A stretch of 64,000 nt of DNA from Eledone cirrhosa (taxonomy: Eukaryota). The stretch spans positions 72,726,001-72,790,000 of the forward strand of contig OZ024745.1 in assembly GCA_964016885.1 (NCBI GenBank), in the 5' to 3' direction. The stretch's first letter is position 1. Every line of letters begins with the position of its first letter. The notes beneath the pieces were generated by a model. That model worked only from the letters and a program-made list of their open reading frames with translations, made no database searches and was not told the origin of the DNA. The translations under genes and the position numbers were made by a program. Of the stretch, positions 18,371 through 35,197 are shown one piece after another.

Positions 18371-18406
<36 letters not shown>

Positions 18407-18525
18407 TTTATTATATGTGTGTGTGTGTGTGTGTATATATTTCTTTATATATGTGTATGTGTATGTATGTGTAGGTGTGTGTGTGTGAGTATATATATAT
18501 GTGTGTGTATATGTGTATGTATGTG

Positions 18526-18592
<67 letters not shown>

Positions 18593-18719
18593 ATGTGTAT
18601 GTGTGTATGTGTGTATATATATATTTATGTATATATATATATTTATATGTGGGTATGTATGTGTATGTGTGTATATATATGAGTGTATTTATATATATAT
18701 ATGTATGTAGATGTGACTG

Positions 18720-18759
<40 letters not shown>

Positions 18760-18839
18760 AATATATATGTATATATATATGTATATATATGTATATGTGT
18801 GTATATGTATGAGTGTGTATATATATACGAGTGTTGTGA

Positions 18840-18907
<68 letters not shown>

Positions 18908-18942
18908 GTATATGTATGCGTGTATGTGTATATGTGTGTAAA

Positions 18943-18993
<51 letters not shown>

Positions 18994-19391
18994 TTATGTG
19001 TGTATGTGTCTATGTATTTATATGTGTATATGTATGTGTCTCTATATGTTTGCGTGTGTGTATGTGTATGTGTATTTATATGGTATGTGTATGTATATGT
19101 ATGTGTATGTATGTGTTTATATATATGTATATGTATATGTATGTATATGTATGTGTGTGTATGCGTGTGTATTTACTTATATGTCTATATGTAGGTATAT
19201 CGATGTATACTTTATATTTTACTTGTTTGTATATATATATATGTGTGTGTATGTATATGTGTATATTTATATGTGTGTGTATATATGTGTGTGTATATAT
19301 GTGTATATATATGTGTATATATATATGTATGTGTGTATATATGTGTATATATATATGTATATGTATATATGTGTGTGTGTGTGTATGTGTG

Positions 19392-19427
<36 letters not shown>

Positions 19428-20390
19428 CTTGATATATTTCTTTTTTCTTTTTTCTTTTTCTTTTCTTTTTATTTCTAAGTTTATAGATACATTTATAAAT
19501 AGGCAGTCTGCTGAAACCGTTGAATACTGACCTCTCCCCCCCCCCCCTCCCACCTAATTTCTGTATCCTGATCTAAATATGTGTGGCAGTGTTTATGTGC
19601 GTGCATTAATGTCCATATGCTTATGATAATACTATATGCACATATATATGTGTGTGGGTGTGTGTGTGTGTATGTATGTTCGTAGTTATGTGTATGTTTA
19701 TGCATATACGCGCGTGTGTGTGTGAGTGTACGAATATGTGTGAGTATATGAATGTGTGTATACATTTATTTCATATTTATGTGTCTATATGCATTTTATC
19801 TGTGGATTATAAACTTACAGAGACATTAGCCTTGAATTTTTGTATTTACATACATCTTTTTGGCATGCGTATGCATGTGAACATATATCTTTATGTAAAT
19901 ATGTGTACGAAGTTAATTACATGTATATACACACACCTAACTGCATAAAAATTTTTGTATTTTCATTGGTCAATTTGAACTCTGTTCCCAAACGGACCTG
20001 AAATTTTGAATTGTTGTTATTATCAATAAATATATTTCATTATTTCTGAAGACGGCATATATATGTGTTTGGTATGTATATTTAATTTTGATAGTTTGTA
20101 TAATTTTGTATAATTTTGTACATAGATCTGTTGAATATGCATGCCAATTCTAACACATATATATCCTAGAAACGATCGTTAAATAATGAACTTTTTTTGT
20201 TTAATATAAGGAACTGTTTCATTGTTTTATTCATTATTTTTTTAATATTTTATCTTGACTCTGTATTCCGTTTATCTTTCACCGAAAGTGATTTTTCATT
20301 GCATCTCTTCTTTCCATGATATCCGGATTACATTGAGTTCTTCATACGGATTGGACACTACCGTAAACTCTTGGTAGATTTATCTACATA
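12115..20390 (+). mobile_element. Penelope-like element, fold-back insertion: inverted arm 12115-15683, GIY-YIG remnant 15712-16062, direct arm 16646-20253, and a roughly 135-nt tail
   Basis: The arms are reverse complements in their unique blocks (for example 12121-12620 vs 19750-20250, and 15240-15683 vs 16646-17095). The spacer encodes VKTKDSICSYIGATSNNFKTRFNTHKHSF...TWSVLKRATPY...CRLC...LLNKRQELIISCNH, a PLE C-terminal GIY-YIG endonuclease. Each arm has an HHR. Confidence 0.9.
20036..20190 (+). ncRNA. Type I hammerhead ribozyme with extended stem II (inverted copy at 12178-12332, minus strand)
   Basis: Perfect 10-bp stem I ttcattattt/aaataatgaa. CTGAAGA at 20046-20052. Stem II region 20053-20168 includes atatatatgtgtt/aacacatatatat. 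GAAAC-gatc-GTT at 20169-20180 gives a palindromic stem III. Confidence 0.8.
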
Positions 20391-20392
20391 TG

Positions 20393-20495
<103 letters not shown>

Positions 20496-20498
20496 TGT

Positions 20499-20570
<72 letters not shown>

Positions 20571-20572
20571 CG

Positions 20573-20832
<260 letters not shown>

Positions 20833-20872
20833 TGTATATATATAGATATATATGTATATATATATATCTATG

Positions 20873-20903
<31 letters not shown>

Positions 20904-20932
20904 GTATATATATATATGTATATATATATATG

Positions 20933-20979
<47 letters not shown>

Positions 20980-20994
20980 GTATATATATATATG

Positions 20995-21041
<47 letters not shown>

Positions 21042-21059
21042 GTATATATATATTATATG

Positions 21060-21092
<33 letters not shown>

Positions 21093-21118
21093 GTATATAT
21101 ATATGTATATATATAATA

Positions 21119-21724
21119 TACCGCCTGGACTACTGCTCCCAGCTGTGGTCACCCCATAGTGTCAAACTAACCACAGAGCTTGAGGCAATCCAGCGAAGCT
21201 ACACCAAGAGGATTGCCAAGATGAGGGAGACAAGCTACTGGGAGAGGCTGAAGGAACTGAACCTCTACTCCTTAGAGCGAAGACGGGAGAGATACGCAGT
21301 GATCTACATGTGGAAAATCCTGGAGGGATTAGCACCAAACTTTGGCATTGGGAGCTGGACCAACCGTCGAACAGGACGTCACTGTGTGGTGCCAAAGGTC
21401 CCGTCTTCCACATCTAGAATAAGGAGCAGGTATTGCAATAGCCTGGGATTCAAGGGCCCTCAACTCTTCAACAGGCTGCGAGGCATCTGCGAGACTTGCA
21501 TGACGTGGAGGTGGATGTCTTTAAGAAACATCTCGACACCTTGTTATCCAGGATCCCGGATGAGCCCACAGCAAGACACGAGGAAACCTAAGGGCAGCAG
21601 CAACAAACTCCCTCCTACACCAGTGGCCAACCTATACAGGCTGGAGATAAAATGTGTAGCAACAAGGGCGGTGCCCCAGCATGGCCTCAGCCGGATGGCT
21701 GAAACAGGTAAAAGAGTAAAAGAG

Positions 21725-21726
<2 letters not shown>
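21119..21726 (+). mobile_element. 5'-truncated CR1-group LINE 3' end
   Basis: [11 protein letters not shown]...LEAIQR...[20 protein letters not shown]...WK. Ends in (gtaaaaga)2 and sits in (TA)n. Confidence 0.88.
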
Positions 21727-21784
<58 letters not shown>

Positions 21785-21820
21785 GATATGTATATATATA
21801 TATATATGTATATATGTATA

Positions 21821-21878
<58 letters not shown>

Positions 21879-21886
21879 CATATATG

Positions 21887-21966
<80 letters not shown>

Positions 21967-21971
21967 TTATA

Positions 21972-22177
<206 letters not shown>

Positions 22178-22344
22178 ATATGTATATATATATATATATA
22201 TATATGTATATACGTATGTATATATATATATATATATATGTATATACGTATGTATATATATATATATATATATGTATATACGTATGTATATATATATATA
22301 TATGTATATACGTATCTATATATATATATATATATGTATATACG

Positions 22345-22382
<38 letters not shown>

Positions 22383-22386
22383 CGTA

Positions 22387-22435
<49 letters not shown>

Positions 22436-22507
22436 GTATGTATATATATATATATATATATATGTATATACGTATGTATATATATAATATATATATATGT
22501 ATATACG

Positions 22508-22566
<59 letters not shown>

Positions 22567-22575
22567 GTATATACG

Positions 22576-22639
<64 letters not shown>

Positions 22640-22641
22640 CG

Positions 22642-22699
<58 letters not shown>

Positions 22700-22701
22700 C
22701 G

Positions 22702-22780
<79 letters not shown>

Positions 22781-22789
22781 ATACGTATG

Positions 22790-22840
<51 letters not shown>

Positions 22841-22863
22841 CGTATGTATATATATATATATGG

Positions 22864-25800
22864 AATGGAAACTATATTTATAAAACCATATTATTTCATT
22901 ATATATATTTCAGGGATATCATATTAACAATATGTTATGCCTTCATCAGACAAAATACAATATAAACAGTCTTATAAATAAATAGATATGACATACCTTT
23001 CAATCGACTTGCATTTGTGAAGTTGATTTGGCAGTAAAAAAATATTGTGGACAGTTGTAAAAAGAGAGAGAGAGAGCAAGAAAGAAAGAAAGAAAAACGA
23101 AGAAAAAGAATAAGAAAAAGAAGAAATGCATGTGACTAATAGAGAGATATAGAAAGATAGATAAAGAGAAGAACTTCATGTAAAGAACAGAGAGAGATAT
23201 ATAGAGAGAGGGAAAAAAAAGAAAGAGATAGATAGAGATAGATAGAGAAACTAGGTAGTTGAGTATCAATTGATACATTTATTTATTTATTTATTTATTT
23301 ATTTAGCTCTAGTATTAATGTAAAGAGAGATGTATGTAGTTAGAGAGAAAATAGCCGTTATATATAGAGAAAAAATGAAAAAGAGAAAATGAAAAATAAC
23401 CAGACATAAACGAGGCAGAATTTAAAAAACGCTATGTTTCATCATGTAGAAAATATTAGTTCGTATAAAACAGGCATTATAATGTAAATATCAGTATTCA
23501 TGAATGAGACATGTATCTATAATGTGTGAAAAGTAATGATCTTATATCTAGTTTTTAAAAATTCATATGTTTATATCATAATTATAAACAAACTCCCAAT
23601 TCACACGAAAACATTCTCATTGTGCTATAAAAATTCAAGTATACATATATGTGTGTATATATACACATATATATAGAGTCTATATTAATTTTAACAATAC
23701 CATTCTTCTCGGACCTGGGTAAACTAAGCAAAAACATTCTTGACAGGGTGATACAGCAAATTAAAAACTTGAGTTGTTTACCTAACCTGAGCTTGTGGAA
23801 GGGCACTGGTGAGGTTGTTGAGTGGTTTAAGCAAATTAAATATAACAATAATAATAAGTTTATTCAACTTGATATTGCTAACTATTATTCTTCTATTACC
23901 CCTAATTTACTAAATAAGGCTCTAAATTACGCATTCAAACATACAGACCTAACTAGCAATGAAATGCACATTATATTATCGGCTAGGAAAACATTAATAG
24001 AATTTAATGACCAACTATGGACCCGAGCAGATAGAGATAACAATTTTGACATTACTATGGGATCATCCGACTCGGCTCAGGTAACTGACCTTGTGGGCTT
24101 ATTTTTAGTCAATTCGCTGCATAGGAAAATACCCGGTACTACCGGGAGGTTTATATAGAGATGACATGCTTTTACTTATTGATAATAATAACTCTGAACT
24201 AAATAGGAAAAGAAAACAAATTACACAATTTTTTAATCACTTTAATCTAAAAATAGAAATTGAGAATAACCATAGAATAGTCAGCTTCCTAGATATAACA
24301 TTAAATCTCAACACATGTCTTCACTATCCATTTCACAAGTTGAATGAAAACTTAAACTATGTCAGCTTTAACTCTAACCACCCCAGATCTGTTAAAAATA
24401 CTATAGTAAACTCTGTTCAAAAAACGTATCTCTAGAATCTCATCTAATAAAAAGATTTTCGACGAAAAAGCCCATTATTACAATGAAGCGTTAGCTAGAG
24501 CAGGATATAGTGATAAAATTATGTACATAGATAATGATAAACAAATTAAACAAAATAACAACTATTTTAATTACGGCCACAAACCTTAACAACTATAATA
24601 GAAAGCATTACAATAATTCCAAAAACCATAAAAGAAATAGAACTAGGAATATAATATGGTTTGTCCCCCCTTTCTCACTAAACATTAAAACCCGCATCGC
24701 TAAACTATTTTTTAAAGCTCTTGATAATCGCTTCCCTAGAACACATAAGTATCACTCAATTTTCAATAGACATACTATAAAATTAACTTACTCATCCACC
24801 AAAAATTTAGCACAAAATATTAATAGAATAAATAATAGGAACTTAAAACCTAGCGATAATAGCATAAATAATACCCAAGTTAACAAATGTAACTGTAGAG
24901 ATAGATCTAAATGTCCGTTAAATAACAACTGCTTAGTTAAAAATATAATATACAACTGTAATGTTAAAACGGACGTTAATTCTTTTAACTACGTTGGTTC
25001 CACATCGACGGATTTAAACTTCGCTATAACAACCACAAGAATTCTTTCACAGATCCAAGCAAAAAATCTTCAACAGCACTATCAGGCGTACTCTGGCAAC
25101 TTAGGCATGATAACGTTAGATATTCGACGACTTGGAATATAGTTTCAAGAGGGATTCCTTTTAATTCATCCTCTGAGACATGTCACCTCTGTGCGGAGGA
25201 GATATTCTTTATACTAAAATCTAAAAATATGTCACTCTCTGTGCGGAGGAGATATTCTTTATACTAAAATCTAAAAATTCCTTAATCTACGGACAAATTT
25301 ATTCAGTTGCTGCAGACATAGATTGAACTCAACGTTTAAATATAAATTTAAATTTAAAATGTAGTTATGTTTGATTTGATTTATAATTATTTATGAAACT
25401 AGCCGATAAATCTTTCGATTTCTTCTTTTTATTAAAACATTCTTTTATTAAAACATTCTTCATGAATAATTAAACTACCCTAAAAGCCGATGCTCCAAAT
25501 ATATCGAATTAAATTTTACACTAGATAAACTTCTATATTAAATATAAGAACATATGTAGACCAAATGGGTATCCTAAACTTTTGGAATGATTTCTGCTAG
25601 ACAGGATTGGTAAATAATTTTTGTTTTATCTGTTTCGACTCTGATGATTATGATGAACTTGGCAATATATTGTCAATTAACTTTGAAAGGCTGATCTTTT
25701 GTGGCCGATTTGCGTGGCATACTATGTTTTATTTTATTATTTTTTAATATTTTTTTAATATTTTGTAATATTTTTAGTTTTTATTTTGATATTAAATGTT

Positions 25801-26811
25801 TTAGTTTTCTGTTTATTTATTTTTTATTTTTTTTCTTGTCTCTGATATTTTTATTTTTATTTTTATTTTTATTTTTATTTTTATTTTTATTTTTATTAAT
25901 ATATTGAAATCTGTTCTCTATTTCTGCTTGATCGACAATCATGTAGAGTAAAGACAAGAATGGTATTGTTAAAATAATATAGACTCTATATATATGGTTA
26001 TATATACACACATATATGTATACTTGAATTTTTATAGCACAATGAGAATGTTTTCGTGTGAATTGGGAGTTTGTTTATAATTATGATATAAACATATGAA
26101 TTTTTAAAAACTAGACATAAGATCATTACTTTTCACACATTATAGATACATGTCTCATTCATGAATACTGATATTTACATTATAATGCCTGTTTTATACG
26201 AACTAATATTTTCTACATGATGAAACATAGCGTTTTTAAATTCTGCCTCGTTTATGTCTGGTTATTTTTCATTTTCTCTTTTTCATTTTTTCTCTATATA
26301 TAACGGCTATTTTCTCTCTTAACTACATACATCTCTCTTTACATTAATACTAGAGCTAAATAAATAAATAAATAAATAAATAAATGTATCAATTGATACT
26401 CAAATACCTAGTTTCTCTATCTATCTCTATCTATCTCTTTCTTTTTTTCCTCTCTCTATATATCTCTCTCTGTTCCTTTACATGAAGTTCTTCTCTTTAT
26501 CTATCTTTCTATTTAGTCACATGCATTTCTTCTTTTGCTTTTTCTTTTCTTTTTCTTTTTCTTTTTCTTTTCTTCGTTTTTCTTTCTTTCTTTCTTTCTC
26601 TCTCTCTCTCTTTTTACAACTGTCCACAATATTTTTTTACTGCCAAATCAACTTCACAAATGCAAGTCGATTGAAAGGTATGTCATATCTATTTATTTAT
26701 AAGACTGTTTATATTGTATTTTGTCTGATGAAGGCATAACATATTGTTAATATGATATCCCTGAAATATATATAATGAAATAAATATGGTTTTATAAATA
26801 TAGTTTCCATT
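22864..26811 (+). mobile_element. Penelope-like element, fold-back insertion: inverted arm 22864-23707, RT + GIY-YIG pseudo-ORF 23708-25364, 3' region with direct arm 25956-26811
   Basis: RT motifs FIQLDIANYYSSI, ITMGSSDSAQVTDLVG, (G)LYRDD, FLDITL and SNHP. Linker IIWFVPPFS and CNCxxxxxCPLxxxC, then NIIY...YVGST...RYNNH. This resembles PLEs with a C-terminal endonuclease (Hydra-like clade; clade call is inference). Frameshifts and a 50-bp tandem duplication (25180-25278) are present. The same TATACG-containing microsatellite lies on both flanks. Confidence 0.92.
26717..26782 (+). ncRNA. Minimal type I hammerhead ribozyme (inverted copy at 22892-22957, minus strand)
   Basis: tattttgt CTGATGA agg...catatt gtt aatatg...cct GAAA tatata TA atgaaata. 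Stem I is 8 bp with G-U pairs and stem III is palindromic. Confidence 0.82.
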
Positions 26812-26819
26812 TATTTAAT

Positions 26820-26888
<69 letters not shown>

Positions 26889-26900
26889 GTATATATATAA

Positions 26901-26959
<59 letters not shown>

Positions 26960-27002
26960 CGTATGTATATAGTATATATATGTATATACGTATGTATATA
27001 TG

Positions 27003-27033
<31 letters not shown>

Positions 27034-27050
27034 ATGTATATATATATATA

Positions 27051-27395
27051 ATCATCATCATCATCATTTCATTTTACGTCCGCTTTTTCCCTGCTTGCAA
27101 AGGTGGGACGGGAACTGATTCTGGCTTGATTTCTACAGCTGGATGCCCTTCCAAACACCAACCTCATTACAGTGAGTGCTGGGTGCTTTTTTGCCATGGC
27201 ACCTCCATGACCACATTGCAGTGGAATGATATGGACCCCAGTCCCTATCATCTCATTTCTACAGCTGAGTAAACTGGAGCAATGTGAAATAAAGTGTCAT
27301 GCTCAAGGAAACAACACATCACCCGGTCTGAGAAATGAACTCACAACATTTCAATTGCAAGGCCAATGCTCTAACCACTAAGTCATGTGCCTCCA
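27051..27395 (-). mobile_element. tRNA-headed SINE with RTE tail
   Basis: Near-identical to 5318-5668. Confidence 0.9.
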
Positions 27396-27401
27396 TATAT
27401 G

Positions 27402-27452
<51 letters not shown>

Positions 27453-27473
27453 ATATATATATATATATGTATG

Positions 27474-27507
<34 letters not shown>

Positions 27508-27515
27508 TATGTATA

Positions 27516-27629
<114 letters not shown>

Positions 27630-27641
27630 ATAATATATATG

Positions 27642-27769
<128 letters not shown>

Positions 27770-27821
27770 TATGTATATATCTATATATGTATATATATAT
27801 ATATATATATATGTGTATATA

Positions 27822-27980
<159 letters not shown>

Positions 27981-27985
27981 GTATC

Positions 27986-28036
<51 letters not shown>

Positions 28037-28191
28037 GTATATATGTATATATATTTATATATATATATGTATATATACATGTATATATATATATATATAT
28101 GTATGCATATATATATATATGTATGTATGTATATATATATGTATATATGTATATATATATGTATATATATATGTATATATGTATATATGTA

Positions 28192-28311
<120 letters not shown>

Positions 28312-28320
28312 ATATATATG

Positions 28321-28399
<79 letters not shown>

Positions 28400-28605
28400 G
28401 TTGGTAAACGGAATAGAATTGCTGACAAATTGTTCACAGTTGAAAAATGGTTTAATAAGGAATAAAAGAGTATTAGTGATTGTATGGGTTAGTATTCAGT
28501 AGTGGTTTTAAGTTTTTAAGTTTTAACCGGTTGCGCATTTCTAAATGCTTTACAAAAATAATTTTGAGATAGAGTGTCCGTGCTGTTTGCTCTATATATA
28601 TATAT

Positions 28606-28888
28606 ATTCTCAGACCGGGTGATGTGTTGTTTCCTTGAGCAAGACACTTTATTTCACATTGCTTCAGTTTACTCAGCTGTAGAAATGAGATGATAGGACT
28701 GGGTCCCTATCATTCCACTTCAAAGTGGACGTGTAGGTGCCACGGAAAAAAAGCACCCAGCACTCACTGTAAATGAGGTTGGTGTTAGGAAGGGCATCCA
28801 GCTGTAGAAATCAAGCAGAATCAATTCCTGTCCCACCCTTGCAAGCAGGGAAAAGCGGACGTAAAGTGATGATGATGATGATGATGAT
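28606..28888 (+). mobile_element. 5'-truncated copy of the same SINE
   Basis: Starts just after the B box (attctcagaccggg) and ends in (GAT)n. Confidence 0.88.
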
Positions 28889-29178
28889 ATATATATCATA
28901 AATCATGGCTTTAGAATTATTAGATAAAATATATACCATTTCCTCTCCCAATTAGCATAATTAACCATATAAAAAATCAATTAGACCAAGCTATAAGAAT
29001 AAAGGCTCCTATGAAAAAATTTCCGACAAATAACCGAAAGCGCCTCTTCGCGGTGGCCCGATAGAGTATTTATCCCACATTTCAACAGCATGTAGAAATT
29101 GACTAAATATACCGTCAACCATACACAATTAGGTGTAAATTCAAACTTAGAAGAAATGTGTACATACCGTAATTATAT

Positions 29179-29252
29179 CTCTACCATGGTTACGTCCGCA
29201 TTTTTAGACATCCTATAACAGGATACGTCCAGAGTTTCGGACTCATCAGGAG
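29179..29252 (-). ncRNA. Hammerhead-like motif in a probable PLE terminal fragment (about 28900-29455)
   Basis: Minus strand: ctc CTGATGA gtccg...(internal hairpin)...cggac GTAAC catg GTA gag. GAAA is replaced by GTAA, and stem I is only 3 bp. Confidence 0.55.
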
Positions 29253-29551
29253 TGAACTCGAAATTTAATTATCCAAAGTGATCGCGCCAAAAGGAGATTA
29301 AAAAATGGCTAAGAATAGTGACGTGGCAGTGGTCAAGTTAGAAAGAATGTGATATGTTTAATAATCTCCCGTTAGGTTGAGATACAATTGGGCGATATTG
29401 GGCTGCACTTTCTAGCAACAAGCCTACCCGCAGTAAACAACTAATCACATTCTTTATATATATATACATATATATATACATATATATATATATATACATA
29501 TATATACATATATATACATATATATATATACATATATATACATATATATAA

Positions 29552-29610
<59 letters not shown>

Positions 29611-29679
29611 CATATATATATAAATATATATACATACATATATATATACATATATATATATACATACATATATATATAC

Positions 29680-29710
<31 letters not shown>

Positions 29711-29919
29711 CATATATATAAATATATATACATACATATATATATATACATATATATATATACATATATATATAATATATACATACATATATATATACAT
29801 ATATATATATACATATATATATAAACATATATATATATACATACATATATATATACATACATATATATATACATACATACATATATATATACATACATAT
29901 ATATATACATACATATAAT

Positions 29920-29960
<41 letters not shown>

Positions 29961-30038
29961 ACATATATTATATACATATATATATATACATACATATATA
30001 TATACATATATATATATATACATATATATATATAATAC

Positions 30039-30091
<53 letters not shown>

Positions 30092-30216
30092 CATATATAT
30101 ATAAATATATATACATATATATATAAATATATATACATATATATATATATACATATACATATATATACATATACATATATATATATATATATACATATAT
30201 ATATAAATATATATAC

Positions 30217-30249
<33 letters not shown>

Positions 30250-30329
30250 CATACATATATATATATATACATACATATATATATATATATACAATACATA
30301 TATATATATACATACATATATATATATAC

Positions 30330-30378
<49 letters not shown>

Positions 30379-30419
30379 TATACATATATATATATACATA
30401 CACATATATATATACATAC

Positions 30420-30456
<37 letters not shown>

Positions 30457-30471
30457 CACATACATATATAT

Positions 30472-30504
<33 letters not shown>

Positions 30505-30629
30505 CATACATATATATATATATATACATACATATATATATATATACATACATATATATATATACATACTTATATATATATATATATATATATACATATA
30601 TATACATACATACATATACATACATATAC

Positions 30630-32392
<1,763 letters not shown>

Positions 32393-32416
32393 ATATATAT
32401 ATACATGTATATATAC

Positions 32417-32449
<33 letters not shown>

Positions 32450-32525
32450 CATACACATATATATATACATACATATATATATACATATATACATACATAT
32501 ATATATATATACATATATATATATA

Positions 32526-33186
32526 CATAACGTAACAGCCTCCTGTATTGAACTTAAGAACATCGGACTACGATTCTCTAACTGGATTGTCAAACGCTCA
32601 ATATAGAATTGCCGTGGATTATGTGAGGGGCATATAATCGAAGAATACACTCCCCTGACCATGAACATGTCGAAGTACATGAGGTCCTTGTCATCCCTTC
32701 GCTGTGCATCTCCAATACGTTTAGTACTTTTAATGCTTGCTTATATCTTTTCTCCACACACAGACTATAACAATCATATAAAGAATTTCCCACCAGATCA
32801 ACCAACCTAACCCTCTTCTTTACCTACCTAAGTGCTCTTACCATACATATCTTTCTGCCACATTATATAAACAAGACGCACGTGCTTGCCACACATATAA
32901 CATTTGCACTATATAACCGCTTATCTTCATGTTGTATTTTAACCTGTATTTTTGATTTTTGATTGTACCTTTTATTATGAATGTAATCTCGAAGTGTGTA
33001 CTGCCACTCTAAATGCTGTAATGAATGTTGACCCACAATATTTGCATATGTATCGGTATGTCTCTTGGCTGAAAAGGAGGTCATATAACTGTCCATTCAT
33101 TAATAAATTGCTCCGAAGAATCCAAACCTCGGTTTGGAGGAAACAGCTGTAAGCACAATAATTTTTTGAACAGTTCTTTGATTCTT

Positions 33187-33193
<7 letters not shown>
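32526..33193 (+). mobile_element. PLE-type terminal repeat fragment carrying a hammerhead at 33108-33156
   Basis: tgct CCGAAGA a tccaaacc tc ggtttgga g GAAAC agct GTA agca: U4C core variant, 8-bp stem II, palindromic stem III. Flanked by (TA)n. Confidence 0.7.
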
Positions 33194-33217
<24 letters not shown>

Positions 33218-33251
33218 GTATACATATATATATACACACATATATATATAC

Positions 33252-33284
<33 letters not shown>

Positions 33285-33285
33285 C

Positions 33286-33333
<48 letters not shown>

Positions 33334-33335
33334 CT

Positions 33336-33444
<109 letters not shown>

Positions 33445-33459
33445 AACATATATATATAT

Positions 33460-34060
33460 ATGGTGACTGCCAACTCGTTTTCGAGTACGGCCACTACTTT
33501 ATATCCATGTAGGAGAAACCCTACCGATGCGCTAAACAAGTGTGACTTTTTAGTCCAGCCAGCGACTTGAAAACTCTGGTACAAACACAACACATGTGAC
33601 AATCATTGACACACAGTGCTGGCACCATGTGACGACAAGTGCAGAGAGATCTCCAGATATAAAGCAATGCCTGTGCCGTGCAGCTTTTATAGTGAGCAAA
33701 AGCACTGCACAAAGCCAGTCCCACTCTCTTAACCAAGATGATGTTTACCAAAAAGAAGAACAACTCAACATCATTGGATACCATCAGGGTTGCAGGTGTT
33801 ATATCAGAGTTTTCCTTCTCCTAGAATTCTGCCTTGACAAAGGCTAAGGGGTCATCTCTCCCGGTGATTTTGGATGGCCATTGACTCTTAAGAGCTCCTT
33901 TGCCCTTTGACAGGTTTTGTTTTTAGTCCTGCATGATGTCCAAAGTCACCCTACTCACCAAGAAACCTTGGTGGGGTTAACAGTTTAGTCGCCAACGACT
34001 CGACGATGGGACAGGTTGTACTGGGATACATGTTACCAGTAGCACCAACTGGTGACCTGA
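33460..34060 (-). mobile_element. Short non-autonomous RTE derivative (5' UTR fused to last zinc finger and 3' end)
   Basis: 33664-33865 aligns by eye to the RTE 5' UTR at 38850-39075. It encodes [17 protein letters not shown], similar to the RTE's [17 protein letters not shown]. Its terminal ctcg...cgag stem-loop matches 34729-34765. Confidence 0.75.
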
Positions 34061-34225
34061 CATATATATATATACATACACATATATATATATAGATATA
34101 TATATACATATATATATATATACATATATATATCTACATACATATATATATACATACATATATATATATACATACATATATATATACATACATATATATA
34201 TATACATACATATATATATAATACA

Positions 34226-34265
<40 letters not shown>

Positions 34266-34326
34266 CATACATATATATATACATACATATATACATACAT
34301 ATATATATACATACATATATACATAC

Positions 34327-34399
<73 letters not shown>

Positions 34400-34517
34400 C
34401 ATATATATATATACACATACATATATATATATACACATACATATATATATATACATACATATACAATCATATATATATATATACATACATATATATATAT
34501 ATATACACATACATATG

Positions 34518-34575
<58 letters not shown>

Positions 34576-34728
34576 CATACATATATATATTTACATATAT
34601 ATATATACATATATATACATACATATATATATATATACATACATATATATATACATACATATATATATATATATACATACATATATATATACATACATAT
34701 ATATATATACATACATATATATATATAC

Positions 34729-34799
34729 ATGATGGCTGCCCCCTCGTTATCGAGTATGGCCATTGCACAATAAAAAAAAAAAGAAAAAAAAAAAAAAAA

Positions 34800-34832
<33 letters not shown>

Positions 34833-34860
34833 AAAAAAAAAAATAAAAAAAAAAGGGAAA

Positions 34861-34897
<37 letters not shown>

Positions 34898-35019
34898 TAT
34901 ACACATATATATACATACACATATATATACACACACACATACATACACATACATACATATATACACACACACATACATACACATACACTCACACATATAT
35001 ACACACATACATTAATAAC

Positions 35020-35080
<61 letters not shown>

Positions 35081-35159
35081 GCAATAATAATAATAACGAC
35101 AACAACAATAATAATATACATATTCATATATATATACACACACACGCACGCACATAAGC

Positions 35160-35197
<38 letters not shown>

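Noticed and set aside
21680-21715. tcagcc-ggat-ggctGAAACagGTA resembles half a hammerhead
   Set aside because: There is no CUGANGA core upstream. It is better explained as the LINE 3' stem-loop.
25099-25365. APOBEC-type G>A hypermutation of this copy as the alternative explanation for the A/G bias
   Set aside because: This copy gives the plausible endonuclease sequence, keeps its TGG codon and matches the element's AT-rich composition. The G-rich copy looks derived. A consensus test is still needed.
32526-32680. Minus-strand [20 protein letters not shown] looks GIY-YIG-like
   Set aside because: It lacks the YIG glycine and downstream motifs, and it is opposite to the orientation implied by the hammerhead. 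Too weak to call.
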